A stretch of 63,736 bases of DNA, counting the filler, from Lama guanicoe (taxonomy: Eukaryota): NCBI GenBank assembly GCA_013239625.1. It is 73 parts of 73 records of this genome, joined end to end, with 100 filler letters (N's around TTAATTAATTAA, not from the genome) between each part and the next. Parts side by side here need not be neighbours in the genome. Positions count along the whole stretch, not along the records: positions 37,223 to 38,131 come from MU055083.1; positions 38,232 to 39,353 come from MU055086.1; positions 39,454 to 39,914 come from PNXV01011788.1; positions 40,015 to 40,575 come from MU055089.1; positions 40,676 to 41,822 come from MU055090.1; positions 41,923 to 42,547 come from MU055091.1; positions 42,648 to 43,552 come from PNXV01011800.1; positions 43,653 to 44,292 come from PNXV01011803.1; 65 more parts are not named here. One strand, written 5' to 3'. Made by a program: the position numbers and the translations under genes. Under the pieces are notes generated by a model. That model saw nothing but the letters and a program-made list of their open reading frames with translations. It was not told where the DNA came from and searched no databases. Every line of letters starts with the position of its first letter. Position 1 is the stretch's first letter. Shown here one piece after another: positions 37,916 through 50,402 of this stretch.

Positions 37916-39499
37916 AGGAATATTTGACAGAGATGTATGTTCCCTGCCAGGTCTGAAATATTTACTATCTGGCCCTTTTCAGAAAGTTTGTCACCCCTTA
38001 TAACTTTGGCAAAGAGCAAAGCAGCCAAGTATACAGCAGATCTTTCATGATCCTGCCCCGCCTGCTCCTCAGCACCCTCCGCCCCGCTCTCCCGGCTCTG
38101 AGCCCCCCGGGGACGGAACCTTACCGGGCCCNNNNNNNNNNNNNNNNNNNNNNNNNNNNNNNNNNNNNNNNNNNNTTAATTAATTAANNNNNNNNNNNNN
38201 NNNNNNNNNNNNNNNNNNNNNNNNNNNNNNNTTCAAATTACATATCTCTAGGGTAGAATTCACTCCAAGAGGATTTTTCTTGGATCAAAGTGTGATTCTT
38301 AAAACTGGTGATAGGACAAGCAACAAAGTCCAAGGAAATATTTCAAAGTGCATAAGTAACTTGTTTGGTGGTTGAAACATCTGTCATGCGCATGTTCACA
38401 GCTCAGATATGCATGTTTGAGGAATCCGTGATGCATGAANNNNNNNNNNNNNNNNNNNNNNNNNNNNNNNNNNNNNNNNNNNNNNNNNNNNNNNNNNNNN
38501 NNNNNNNNNNNNNNNNNNNNNNNNNNNNNNNNNNNNNNNNNNNNNNNNNNNNNNNNNNNNNNNNNNNNNNNNNNNNNNNNNNNNNNNNNNNNNNNNNNNN
38601 NNNNNNNNNNNNNNNNNNNNNNNNNNNNNNNNNNNNNNNNNNNNNNNNNNNNNNNNNNNNNNNNNNNNNNNNNNNNNNNNNNNNNNNNNNNNNNNNNNNN
38701 NNNNNNNNNNNNNNNNNNNNNNNNNNNNNNNNNNNNNNNNNNNNNNNNNNNNNNNNNNNNNNNNNNNNNNNNNNNNNNNNNNNNNNNNNNNNNNNNNNNN
38801 NNNNNNNNNNNNNNNNNNNNNNNNNNNNNNNNNNNNNNNNNNNNNNNNNNNNNNNNNNNNNNNNNNNNNNNNNNNNNNNNNNNNNNNNNNNNNNNNNNNN
38901 NNNNNNNNNNNNNNNNNNNNNNNNNNNNNNNNNNNNNNNNNNNNNNNNNNNNNNNNNNNNNNNNNNNNNNNNNNNNNNNNNNNNNNNNNNNNNNNNNNNN
39001 NNNNNNNNNNNNNNNNNNNNNNNNNNNNNNNNNNNNNNNNNNNNNNNNNNNNNNNNNNNNNNNNNNNNNNNNNNNNNNNNNNNNNNNNNNNNNNNNNNNN
39101 NNNNNNNNNNNNNNNNNNNNNNNNNNNNNNNNNNNNNNNNNNNNNNNNNNNNNNNNNNNNNNNNNNNNNNNNNNNNNNNNNNNNNNNNNNNNNNNNNNCA
39201 GGTTCGGAATACGGAATGCCATGGTTATGTAAACAATGTAAATTACATGTGTATTGGTGAGAATTCGCTCAAAGACTGTTTTCTAGTGCCAAATGTCCGT
39301 TTTCAGTTCCTGGTGATACAAAAAACTTATGAAGTTAGAGTAAATATTTCAAANNNNNNNNNNNNNNNNNNNNNNNNNNNNNNNNNNNNNNNNNNNNTTA
39401 ATTAATTAANNNNNNNNNNNNNNNNNNNNNNNNNNNNNNNNNNNNNNNNNNNNAACACTTCAAGGTTAAATTTGTGTTGTTTAGTGGAGACTTTTTCTT

Positions 39500-39561
39500 T
39501 TTAATTCCTACTATCATGACGTTTGGGGATACTTGTTACAATAGCAATAGAAAGCGAATAC
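39500..39561 (+). mobile_element. MaLR (MLT1-like) LTR 3' end
   Basis: TTTGGGGATACTTGTTACAATAGCAATAGAAAGCGAATACA. Confidence 0.6.
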
Positions 39562-40261
39562 AGTAAGCTCCTTGAAATGTTCAGAAATTGCAGATAACAC
39601 TGGACTGTCCACTTTGATATACGATTGGGCTTATGTGAAAATCAAAAGGACAGTGTGACCTTCACTAACACATGCTTTTCTCATTTTTAGGAAGAGAACA
39701 GTAAGTCAAAAACTCTAAACTCTGTATTTATTATTTTAGACAAGTGTCTCTTAAAACATTATGTAACCCTGTGCCTTAGGAACACAAGAGAGTCTCTGTT
39801 CTTAGAAGAACATGGATTCAGAGAGATAGGGTCTTACATCTGAGTTCTACAGTGGTCTCTTATCAGCAATGAGAACTTGGGCAAATCATTTACCCTCTTT
39901 AAGCCACAGGAACTNNNNNNNNNNNNNNNNNNNNNNNNNNNNNNNNNNNNNNNNNNNNTTAATTAATTAANNNNNNNNNNNNNNNNNNNNNNNNNNNNNN
40001 NNNNNNNNNNNNNNCTGTATACTGTGAGGCCCTCTGTTCCTTAAGAGAATGAAAACATTTAAGTCTTCTATTTTGTTAATGAATTTTAACTATACTGTGT
40101 ACCTAGCCAGCATACTTGGTAAAACATTCCCTCTATACATTTCTAAACGCATGACTACTTCTGAAATAATGACGTTACTGATATAAGTTTGCTTGGAAGA
40201 GTAAAATATGCTAAAATTCCAAATTTACTGATAACACTAATTAAGGAAAATAGGAAGTAAT

Positions 40262-40480
40262 GAAAAGGGCTCCGGCCTCAGAAACCGGATCTGAGTCTAT
40301 AATCTCAAGTCTGACTCTTCAGTTGTGAGACCTTAGGAACTGGCTTCACCTGGAAACACTTTCTCTTCTGAAGCAGAGAGAGCACTGCCCTGCCCTCCCT
40401 GCAAGGTGGCTGTTCAGGTAACATGAGGTAACAGTACCTAGCACAGTACCTGACACCAAGTGTTCAGAAATAGTTTGCTT
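40262..40480 (+). mobile_element. MIR remnant
   Basis: AGTTGTGAGACCTTAGGAAC...TACCTAGCACAGTACCTGACAC. Confidence 0.6.
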
Positions 40481-40675
40481 CCTTCACTTAACACAAAGGA
40501 CACACTCACATGGAGAAGTTTAGGTGTAAGGAAGCCTACACTTCCACAACTCTGCCAGCACTAAATACGACGTGTNNNNNNNNNNNNNNNNNNNNNNNNN
40601 NNNNNNNNNNNNNNNNNNNTTAATTAATTAANNNNNNNNNNNNNNNNNNNNNNNNNNNNNNNNNNNNNNNNNNNN

Positions 40676-41822
40676 TCCGTTAGAACCCTCGCGCTGCCGA
40701 CCGTTGGTGGAACTTCCCCACGCTTAGGATTCCAGAACCATTGTCTCTGCGTGGGGGAGCTCGAGAGACAACTCCACGCAGCTCTCTTACGTCACAGGTG
40801 TTCCCTGAATGGGGAAGTACGAGAAATACATTCCCAGATTTTGGGGAGGCAGCCTCTGTCACTGGGATTGCCTGCAAACACCCCTAGCATTCCCTGGCAC
40901 AGAGACATTACGAAAAAACCCAGGGGAGTCGAGCTTAGGCATTCCATTAGAACCNNNNNNNNNNNNNNNNNNNNNNNNNNNNNNNNNNNNNNNNNNNNNN
41001 NNNNNNNNNNNNNNNNNNNNNNNNNNNNNNNNNNNNNNNNNNNNNNNNNNNNNNNNNNNNNNNNNNNNNNNNNNNNNNNNNNNNNNNNNNNNNNNNNNNN
41101 NNNNNNNNNNNNNNNNNNNNNNNNNNNNNNNNNNNNNNNNNNNNNNNNNNNNNNNNNNNNNNNNNNNNNNNNNNNNNNNNNNNNNNNNNNNNNNNNNNNN
41201 NNNNNNNNNNNNNNNNNNNNNNNNNNNNNNNNNNNNNNNNNNNNNNNNNNNNNNNNNNNNNNNNNNNNNNNNNNNNNNNNNNNNNNNNNNNNNNNNNNNN
41301 NNNNNNNNNNNNNNNNNNNNNNNNNNNNNNNNNNNNNNNNNNNNNNNNNNNNNNNNNNNNNNNNNNNNNNNNNNNNNNNNNNNNNNNNNNNNNNNNNNNN
41401 NNNNNNNNNNNNNNNNNNNNNNNNNNNNNNNNNNNNNNNNNNNNNNNNNNNNNNNNNNNNNNNNNNNNNNNNNNNNNNNNNNNNNNNNNNNNNNNNNNNN
41501 NNNNNNNNNNNNNNNNNNNNNNNNNNNNNNNNNNNNNNNNNNNNNNNNNNNNNNNNNNNNNNNNNNNNNNNNNNNNNNNNNNNNNNNNNNNNNNNNNTTC
41601 CCTGACCTTGGGGAGGCAGCCTCTGTCACTGGGATTTCCTGCAAACACCCCTAGCATTCCCTGGCACAGAGACATTAGGAAAAAAACCTGGGGAGTCGAG
41701 CTTAGGCACTCCGTTAGAACCCACGCGCTGCCGACAGTTGGTGGCAACTCCCCACGCTCAGGATTCCGGAACAATTGTCAGTGCTTGGGGGAGTTCGAGA
41801 GACAACTCCACGCAGCTCTCTT
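40676..41822. repeat. 267-bp satellite (subfamily A)
   Basis: Same monomer, with the AAAAAACCCAGGGGAGTCGAGC variant. Confidence 0.95.
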
Positions 41823-42647
41823 NNNNNNNNNNNNNNNNNNNNNNNNNNNNNNNNNNNNNNNNNNNNTTAATTAATTAANNNNNNNNNNNNNNNNNNNNNN
41901 NNNNNNNNNNNNNNNNNNNNNNGAAAACGGGAAAACCACTCTTGATGTAATTTATTCTTACAGATCTTGTGGCAGAGGGTTTTCTAAAGCTTTAAGCTGT
42001 AAGTAGCTTTCTTGCTTTCTTTCTTTTTTTTTTCTTTTAAAGCTATATATCCCACTCACTTAACCCACACTTCCTATTTTTAGCTTTCTCTTTCTGATGA
42101 AACCTTGCAGATCAGGAAGTTCACATTTTCTGAGCAAGGTTAGAGCACGTTTCCCAAGGTTTGCTTCCTGTTCAATCTTCCGTTTAGTTGTACTTTTCCC
42201 CGTCTCTGTATTTCAGTGTTAACTCTTGGTTCCACGAATATCACAAAGACTCTTGTGCTCATTTCTAATGTACATATAATCTTATGTGTAGAGAAGGATA
42301 TTGTCATTTTTTGTTACAGGTTTGCCAAATAGGGAAAGACAAGAGGAAAGAAACAGAAAGTTAAGGGTGGGATTTTATATTAAACATTTCTAAATTATGC
42401 TGGTTTATACTTTTCTTCTCCACTGTGTGCACACTTTAAAGTTACTCCCACTCCCATTACTCAAATTGGTTTCCCCCTGCTTTTCGCTCTTGTTAGTGAG
42501 ACAAATTACCACTGAGGTGCCATTCAGTTTCTACTCTTATCACTCGCNNNNNNNNNNNNNNNNNNNNNNNNNNNNNNNNNNNNNNNNNNNNTTAATTAAT
42601 TAANNNNNNNNNNNNNNNNNNNNNNNNNNNNNNNNNNNNNNNNNNNN

Positions 42648-43552
42648 TTCGATATTCTGGGTTCTACATTCTGTATTCTACATTCTATATTCTGTAGTCT
42701 ATATTCTAAATTCTATATCCTGTGTTCTGAATTCCATGTTCAAATTCAAGTTTCTGCATTCTGTATTCTATATTCGATATTCTGGGTTCTACATTCTGTG
42801 TTCTACATTCTATATTCTGTAGTCTATATTCTATATTCTATATCCTGTGTTCTGAATTCCATGTTATAATTTCTGGGTTCTGCCATGTGTATTGTATATT
42901 CTATATTCTGTGTTCTGATTTCCAAGTTCTAAAGTCTGGGTTCTGTATTCTGAATCCTCTATTTAGTATTCTGTGTTCAACATTCTATATTCCACATTCT
43001 ATATTCTGTATTCTATAATCTATGTTCTAAATGCTTTGTTCTGAATTACATGTTCTATATTCTGGGTTCTGTATTATAATGCGTTTTATATTCTATATTC
43101 CGTGTTCTGCATTCTGTATTCTACATTCTATATTCTGTATTCATTATTCTATATTCTGTGTTCTACATTCTCTATTCTACATTCTATATTCTGTATTCTG
43201 CATTCTATATTCTATATTCTGTGTCCTACATTAAAAATTCAACATACTTTTTCTGTATTTTATATTCAATATTATATCTTCTACGTTCCATGTTCTAAAT
43301 TCTGGGTTCTGAATTCTGTATTCTATATGCTATATACATGTTCTACATTCTATATTCTACATTCTATTTCTGTATTCTATGTTCTATATTCTGTCCTACA
43401 TTCCATGTTCTAAATTATGGGTTCTGAATTCTGTATTCTATATTCTGTGTTTTTCGTACCATGTTCCAAACTCTGGGTTCTGTATACTCTATTCTATATT
43501 CTCTATTGTGTGTTCTACATTCTATATTCTACATTTATTTCTGTATTCTATA
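42648..43552. repeat. AT-rich 7-bp-unit satellite
   Basis: Tandem TATATTC variants. GATATTCTGGGTTCTACATTCTGT at 42651 and 42776. Confidence 0.95.
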
Positions 43553-43652
43553 NNNNNNNNNNNNNNNNNNNNNNNNNNNNNNNNNNNNNNNNNNNNTTAA
43601 TTAATTAANNNNNNNNNNNNNNNNNNNNNNNNNNNNNNNNNNNNNNNNNNNN

Positions 43653-44292
43653 TACTGGGCCTGCACAATCCTGGATTGCACACTCATGGGCCTGCACACT
43701 CTAGGACATGCACTATCTTGAGCCTGAACACACCTGGACCTGTATACTCCTGATTTTGCACACTCCTGGGACTGAACACTGCTGGGCCTGCACAGCCCTA
43801 GGCCTGTACAATTCTGGGCCTGCACACTCTTGTCTCTGCACACTCTGGAGTCTGCACACGCCTGGGCCTGCACACTCCTGGTCCTGCACACTCCTGGACC
43901 TACACAATGTTGGGCCTGCCCACACCTGGTCCAGTATACAAATGGACCTGCACAATCCTGTGTCTTATCCCTCCTGTGTCTGCACACCCCTGGGCTTGAA
44001 CACGGCTGGGCCGGCCCTCTCCTAGGCCTGCACACTCCTGGGCCTGTACACGCCTGCACCTGTTCCCTCTGTTACCTACACACTGCTGTGCCAACACTCT
44101 CCCAGGCCTGTACACACCTGGGCCTGTACACTCCTGGGCCTGCCCCCAATTCGGCCGGCCCTCTCCTGGACCTGCACACTCCTAGCCTGCACACTCCAGG
44201 GCCTGCGCTCTCCTAGGCCTGCACACACCTGGGCCTGCACCAACCTGGGCCTACACACACACACAGGCCTGTACACTCCAGGCCAGCACAAT
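43653..44292. repeat. 16-bp GC-rich satellite (GGCCTGCACACTCCTG orientation)
   Basis: Reverse complement of the family at 34196. Confidence 0.92.
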
Positions 44293-44392
44293 NNNNNNNN
44301 NNNNNNNNNNNNNNNNNNNNNNNNNNNNNNNNNNNNTTAATTAATTAANNNNNNNNNNNNNNNNNNNNNNNNNNNNNNNNNNNNNNNNNNNN

Positions 44393-45103
44393 CAGATTAC
44401 TGAATATCGAATTTAGAATATAGAAAGTAGAACACAGAATTAAGTATATAATTAACATAATACTAAATATAGAATTTAGAATATAGAATGTAGAACACAG
44501 AATTTAAAATATAGATGATAGAATACTGAATATAGAATTTAGAATATAGAATTTAGAACACAGAATATAGAATTTAGAATAAATAATATAGAAACCAAAA
44601 TTTAGAACATGGAATGCAGAACAGAGAATTTAGAATATAGAATACCGAATACAAATATAGAATATGAATATGCAATGTAGAACATAGAATTTACAATACA
44701 GAATAAAGAATACTGAATATAGAATTTAGACTATACAATGTAGAACACAGAATATAGAATATAGAATACGGAATGCAGAATATAGAATAAAGAATATAGA
44801 ATATAGAACACAGAATATAGAATATGGAAAACAGAATACAAAACCCAGAATTGAGAACATGGAATGAAGAACAGAGAATTTAGAATATAGATACTGAATA
44901 TAATTTCAAATATACAATGTTGAACACAGAATTAAGAATATAGAATAAAGAATACTGAATATTGAATTTAGAATATAGGATTTAGAACACAGGATATGGT
45001 ATGTAGAAAACGGAATGCAAAACATTGTATACAGAATATACACTGTAAAACACGGAATTTAGAATATGGAAAGTAGAATATAGAACACGGAATTAAAACA
45101 TGG
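44393..45103. repeat. AT-rich 7-bp-unit satellite
   Basis: Tandem GAATATA variants. Confidence 0.95.
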
Positions 45104-45638
45104 NNNNNNNNNNNNNNNNNNNNNNNNNNNNNNNNNNNNNNNNNNNNTTAATTAATTAANNNNNNNNNNNNNNNNNNNNNNNNNNNNNNNNNNNNNNNNN
45201 NNNGGAGCAGTGAATCGGGTTAGCTGGTGAGAAGGGTCCGGAACGGGGGTCACCGGTAATAGTGGAGGAAAGGTAGGTAGGGGGCCAGGCCATGGCATTG
45301 AAAGCTGGGCCAGAGTCTGGACTTGGTTTCCTAGTCGGGGGTGGGGGGACATGATTAGAGCTTTTGTAAAATAAATGAAGAGGGCAGAGCCACTCAGCCC
45401 TGGATACAATGCAGGTAACTGTGAGTTAGAGAGGNNNNNNNNNNNNNNNNNNNNNNNNNNNNNNNNNNNNNNNNNNNNNNNNNNNNNNNNNNNNNNNNNN
45501 NNNNNNNNNNNNNNNNNNNNNNNNNNNNNNNNNNNNNNNNNNNNNNNNNNNNNNNNNNNNNNNNNNNNNNNNNNNNNNNNNNNNNNNNNNNNNNNNNNNN
45601 NNNNNNNNNNNNNNNNNNNNNNNNNNNNNNNNNNNNNN

Positions 45639-45925
45639 ATTGTTGGGGCTTTTATCAGATTTGATTCTAAGTACTTTGTAGTTTTAATGCTATACTGAAT
45701 CATAGGATTTAAAGAAATTTCATCTTGTGAATGCTCATTGCTAGTATACAGAAATACAATTGACTTGTGTATTTATATTTAAGGTGGATTTCTTGTAGAC
45801 AGAATACAGCTGGGCCATGTTTTTTCATTCACTCTGAAAACCTCTGTCTTTCAATGGGTGCCTTTGGACTCCTGATGAAGTGATTATGGATACAATTGGA
45901 TTAATATCTACCATATTTATTACTG
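45639..45925 (-). mobile_element. L1 remnants
   Basis: CATTGCTAGTATACAGAAATACAATTGAC and GTGGATTTCTTGTAGACAGAATACAGCTGGG antisense L1 motifs. Confidence 0.75.
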
Positions 45926-46025
45926 NNNNNNNNNNNNNNNNNNNNNNNNNNNNNNNNNNNNNNNNNNNNTTAATTAATTAANNNNNNNNNNNNNNNNNNN
46001 NNNNNNNNNNNNNNNNNNNNNNNNN

Positions 46026-47056
46026 CTCGGAGTTCCCCGAACAGGGAACACCTGCGACTGAAGAGAGCTGCGTGAAATTGTCTCACAAGCTCCCCCACGT
46101 ACTGACAAGGTTCCGTAATCCTGAGGGTGGGGAGGTTCCACCAACGGTCGGCAGCGCGTAGGTTCTAACGGAATGCCTAAGCTCGTCTCCCCTGAGGGTT
46201 TTCCTAATGTCTCTGTGCCAGGGAATGNNNNNNNNNNNNNNNNNNNNNNNNNNNNNNNNNNNNNNNNNNNNNNNNNNNNNNNNNNNNNNNNNNNNNNNNN
46301 NNNNNNNNNNNNNNNNNNNNNNNNNNNNNNNNNNNNNNNNNNNNNNNNNNNNNNNNNNNNNNNNNNNNNNNNNNNNNNNNNNNNNNNNNNNNNNNNNNNN
46401 NNNNNNNNNNNNNNNNNNNNNNNNNNNNNNNNNNNNNNNNNNNNNNNNNNNNNNNNNNNNNNNNNNNNNNNNNNNNNNNNNNNNNNNNNNNNNNNNNNNN
46501 NNNNNNNNNNNNNNNNNNNNNNNNNNNNNNNNNNNNNNNNNNNNNNNNNNNNNNNNNNNNNNNNNNNNNNNNNNNNNNNNNNNNNNNNNNNNNNNNNNNN
46601 NNNNNNNNNNNNNNNNNNNNNNNNNNNNNNNNNNNNNNNNNNNNNNNNNNNNNNNNNNNNNNNNNNNNNNNNNNNNNNNNNNNNNNNNNNNNNNNNNNNN
46701 NNNNNNNNNNNNNNNNNNNNNNNNNNNNNNNNNNNNNNNNNNNNNNNNNNNNNNNNNNNNNNNNNNNNNNNNNNNNNNNNNNNNNNNNNNNNNNNNNNNN
46801 NNNNNNNNNNNNNNNNNNNNNNNNNNNNNNNNNNNNNNNNNNNNNNNNNNNNNNNNNNNNNNNNNNNNNNNNNNNNNNNNNNNNNNNNNNNNNNNNNNNN
46901 NNNNNNNNNNNNNNNNNNNNNNNNNNNNNNNNNNNNNNNNNNNNNNNNNNNNNNNNNNNNNNNNNNNNNNNNNNNNNNNNNNNAGGGTTTTCCAAATGTC
47001 TCTGTGCCAGGGAATGCTTGGGGGGTTTTCAGGAAATCCCAGGGACAGAGGCTGCC
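46026..47056. repeat. 267-bp satellite (subfamily B)
   Basis: The same monomer lies on both sides of an internal gap. Confidence 0.95.
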
Positions 47057-47156
47057 NNNNNNNNNNNNNNNNNNNNNNNNNNNNNNNNNNNNNNNNNNNN
47101 TTAATTAATTAANNNNNNNNNNNNNNNNNNNNNNNNNNNNNNNNNNNNNNNNNNNN

Positions 47157-47558
47157 CTAGCCAAATCAAAATCAAATGAGATCTCATTTTACACTCACCA
47201 GGATGTTTATAATCAAAACATGGATAATAACAAGTGTTGGTCAGCAGGCAGAGAAATGGGAAACCTCAATACGCAGCCATTGGAAAGCGGCAATGGTGCA
47301 GCTCTTTGGAAAAGCCCAGTGTTTCCTCAAAAGGTTAGAGTTATATGGCTCAGTAATTCCACTTCTACATATAGAGACATCCCTCAGTATCCTCGGGGTG
47401 TTGGTTTCAGGAACACCCCACCCTGGATACACAATCAGCCATTCCATGAAGTGGAAACTACAGATGTGGCAGGCCAACTGTACAGCCAACAGAATGAAAA
47501 GATATTCTCACAAAATCTTTCACATCAATCTTGATAGCAGTATCATTCTGAGCTGAGT
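47157..47558 (+). mobile_element. Old L1 ORF2 3' remnant with a possible MER2/Tigger-like piece at about 47378-47432
   Basis: ATGAGATCTCATTTTACACTCACCAGGATG...AATAACAAGTGTTGG, and CCCTCAGTATCCTCGGGGTGTTGGTTTCAGGA. Confidence 0.7.
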
Positions 47559-47689
47559 NNNNNNNNNNNNNNNNNNNNNNNNNNNNNNNNNNNNNNNNNN
47601 NNTTAATTAATTAANNNNNNNNNNNNNNNNNNNNNNNNNNNNNNNNNNNNNNNNNNNNGGAATCATTCACTTTTTAGAAGTCAGAAGGC

Positions 47690-48060
47690 TAATGAGTGAA
47701 AAATGCTTAATACTTCACTGATCATCAAGTGCAAACTAAAACAATGAAAAAGCACTTTTCTCAGCATATTGGCAAATATTTTTAAAAGATATTCTAGCTA
47801 GTGTGCATCTTTCATAGAACAAACTGAGTGATCTTTTTGGAGGACGACATGCCAATGGATATGTAAACTCTGAAAAACGTGTGTACACACAGCCTGAACT
47901 CCACTTTTAGGAAACATTTCATTAAGAAAAAAAATCAGTTCAAAAAGATGTACTCATCAGAGCATTTACACAGCACTGTTTACAATGGTGGGAAGAAAAG
48001 CTGAAGTGAAATCATATTCAGCGATAGAGAATTGGTTACATAAGTTATTCTACATCTTTT
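47690..48060 (+). mobile_element. Ancient L1 (L1ME-like) remnant
   Basis: GAAAAATGCTTAATACTTCACTGATCATCAAGTGCAAACTAAAACAATGA. Confidence 0.6.
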
Positions 48061-48625
48061 CATTCCCCACAGGAGAAGGAATTTCTAGAGTCACTTGAAA
48101 GGAGCCTGTGATGTATGCAGTTGTCATATCCAGGGACTAAATTTTCAGAAACCTTAACTAAAGGAATACTCATACAANNNNNNNNNNNNNNNNNNNNNNN
48201 NNNNNNNNNNNNNNNNNNNNNNNNNNNNNNNNNNNNNNNNNNNNNNNNNNNNNNNNNNNNNNNNNNNNNNNNNNNNNNNNNNNNNNNNNNNNNNNNNNNN
48301 NNNNNNNNNNNNNNGGCGTAGTCCAAGACCTTGTCCACAGTACTCTCCCACGAAAGGTGTCCTTACACAAGAGACCAAACCTGCACATCAGGAGACCCCA
48401 CTACTCTATCTGAAAGGACCGGGTGGATCTGGTGTGGGAGGACGTCTATGATATACACTTGAGTGAATAAACCGAACTGCAGAATACATATAGTATGGCC
48501 TTATTTTTCAATAAAGCATATATACNNNNNNNNNNNNNNNNNNNNNNNNNNNNNNNNNNNNNNNNNNNNTTAATTAATTAANNNNNNNNNNNNNNNNNNN
48601 NNNNNNNNNNNNNNNNNNNNNNNNN

Positions 48626-49112
48626 GATATTATAGAAATACAAAAAAGATTATGAAAGCACTATAAGCTGTTACATGACAACCAACTGAATGACCTAAAA
48701 GAAATGGACAAATTTATAAAAACGTACAGCCTGCCAAGACTGAATAGAGAAAACTGAGAACTTGAGTAGAGCAATCAGTATAAGTTAAATAAAATTTATA
48801 ATTTTAAAAACACCCTTTGAACAAAATGCCTGGATTCCTTCACTAAAACCCCTTTCCCCCTAACTAGTTTAACAAATGAAGGGACATATCCGAATGTTAT
48901 TCCATGAGGCCACCATTACCCTTATAACAAAACAACTCAAAGACAATCCCCCCAAAAATAAAAATGAAAATGAAAATCCAATACCATTGATGAATAGAGA
49001 TTCAAAAATCCTCCAAAAATTTCAACAAATTAATCCAGCAATTCATGTAAAGGATTATACATAATGATCAGATGGATTCCTTCCAGATTCACAAGGACGG
49101 TTCAACATACAC
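48626..49112 (+). mobile_element. L1 ORF2 fragment (between EN and RT), degenerate
   Basis: ACCTAAAAGAAATGGACAAATT, and the peptide FHEATITLITK resembles FYEASITLIPK. Confidence 0.9.
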
Positions 49113-49212
49113 NNNNNNNNNNNNNNNNNNNNNNNNNNNNNNNNNNNNNNNNNNNNTTAATTAATTAANNNNNNNNNNNNNNNNNNNNNNNNNNNNNNNN
49201 NNNNNNNNNNNN

Positions 49213-49743
49213 GTTTCTTTTCAGTGGCCATCTCCTCTCCATACATATATATGGGGAGGTAGAATCTCTAACTCGGTTTTCAGTGAAAACGGCAGGCACT
49301 TCAAACCGGCACTTGGAAACAGACTGAGAAACCAGAGTAAGGGTTTCTCCTGCAAACCGTTCCCTTTGTGCTGGATGAATGAACGTCTCTCCNNNNNNNN
49401 NNNNNNNNNNNNNNNNNNNNNNNNNNNNNNNNNNNNNNNNNNNNNNNNNNNNNNNNNNNNNNNNNNNNNNNNNNNNNNNNNNNNNNNNNNNNNNNNNNNN
49501 NNNNNNNNNNNNNNNNNTACAGAGCAAACCGTAGGAATTTCAAACCGGCACTAGGATACAGACTGAGAAACCAGAGTAAGTGTTTCTCCTGCAACACATT
49601 CCCTTTGTGCTGGATGAACGAACGTCTGTCCACATGCTCAGTTCTGAGAGACAAGTGGGTGTGAAAGCTGTCCTTCAACTAGCTTGAATGGAAAACAAAA
49701 TTTCTTGTCAATTGCAAACTCCACTCCATACATATATATGGGG
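49213..49743. repeat. ~248-bp satellite, two partial monomers
   Basis: TCAAACCGGCACT...GACTGAGAAACCAGAGTAAG at 49301 and 49540. ATACATATATATGGGG at 49241 and 49728. Confidence 0.85.
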
Positions 49744-50402
49744 NNNNNNNNNNNNNNNNNNNNNNNNNNNNNNNNNNNNNNNNNNNNTTAATTAATTAAN
49801 NNNNNNNNNNNNNNNNNNNNNNNNNNNNNNNNNNNNNNNNNNNGTCCGCTTGAGAGTGTGCGTCCAAGTTAAACAGAATTTCACCCTTGTTGTTCCATCA
49901 CCATGGGTCAGATCCTGCACTGGTTTCCATTCCCTGCTTTGCCTTCTCCTGCTTCCAGGTGTCCTGAGGCCTCATCCTGTCTTTGGAAGTAACAGACCTC
50001 TCTTCGGCAAGTGTCCTGTGCCAAGGGCTGGGTGAGTGGATGTTTCCATTGCTCTGTACATGGGAGCGAGTGAGTGNNNNNNNNNNNNTCTGCCAACTGG
50101 GCATCGATGAATCAACACTATCCAGATACATTTCACAGAAATGTGATATTTGCTTAGCTCTTTGTTTCTATACAGCCGTGGTGGGAGGGATTGTCCGAAG
50201 ACCCCGGTTTTGACATTGTGTTGATATCTCATTTGCAGGCTTTAAGAAGTTTGACAGAATACATTTACATGTTTTGGGAGTTATACGAAAATGAAGTTAT
50301 TTNNNNNNNNNNNNNNNNNNNNNNNNNNNNNNNNNNNNNNNNNNNNTTAATTAATTAANNNNNNNNNNNNNNNNNNNNNNNNNNNNNNNNNNNNNNNNNN
50401 NN

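Larger units (their letters stand above)
37317..37998. mobile_element. MER58-like hAT DNA transposon split by an L1 insertion
   Basis: Left end CAGCGGTCAGCAAG...GGACCAAATCCAGCCTGC. Right end AAATATTTACTATCTGGCCCTTTTCAGAAAGTTTGTCACCCCT. Confidence 0.75.

Noticed and set aside
43601..44291. Cys/Gly-rich ORFs resembling keratin-associated proteins
   Set aside because: They are translations of the 16-bp satellite, which is open in several frames on both strands and whose unit is not a multiple of 3.
20593..47112. Long ORFs (200-435 aa) in the ORF track
   Set aside because: Almost all consist mostly of X residues spanning N gaps. The 201-aa ORF at 29677 runs through LTR-like sequence into a linker and has no recognisable domain.
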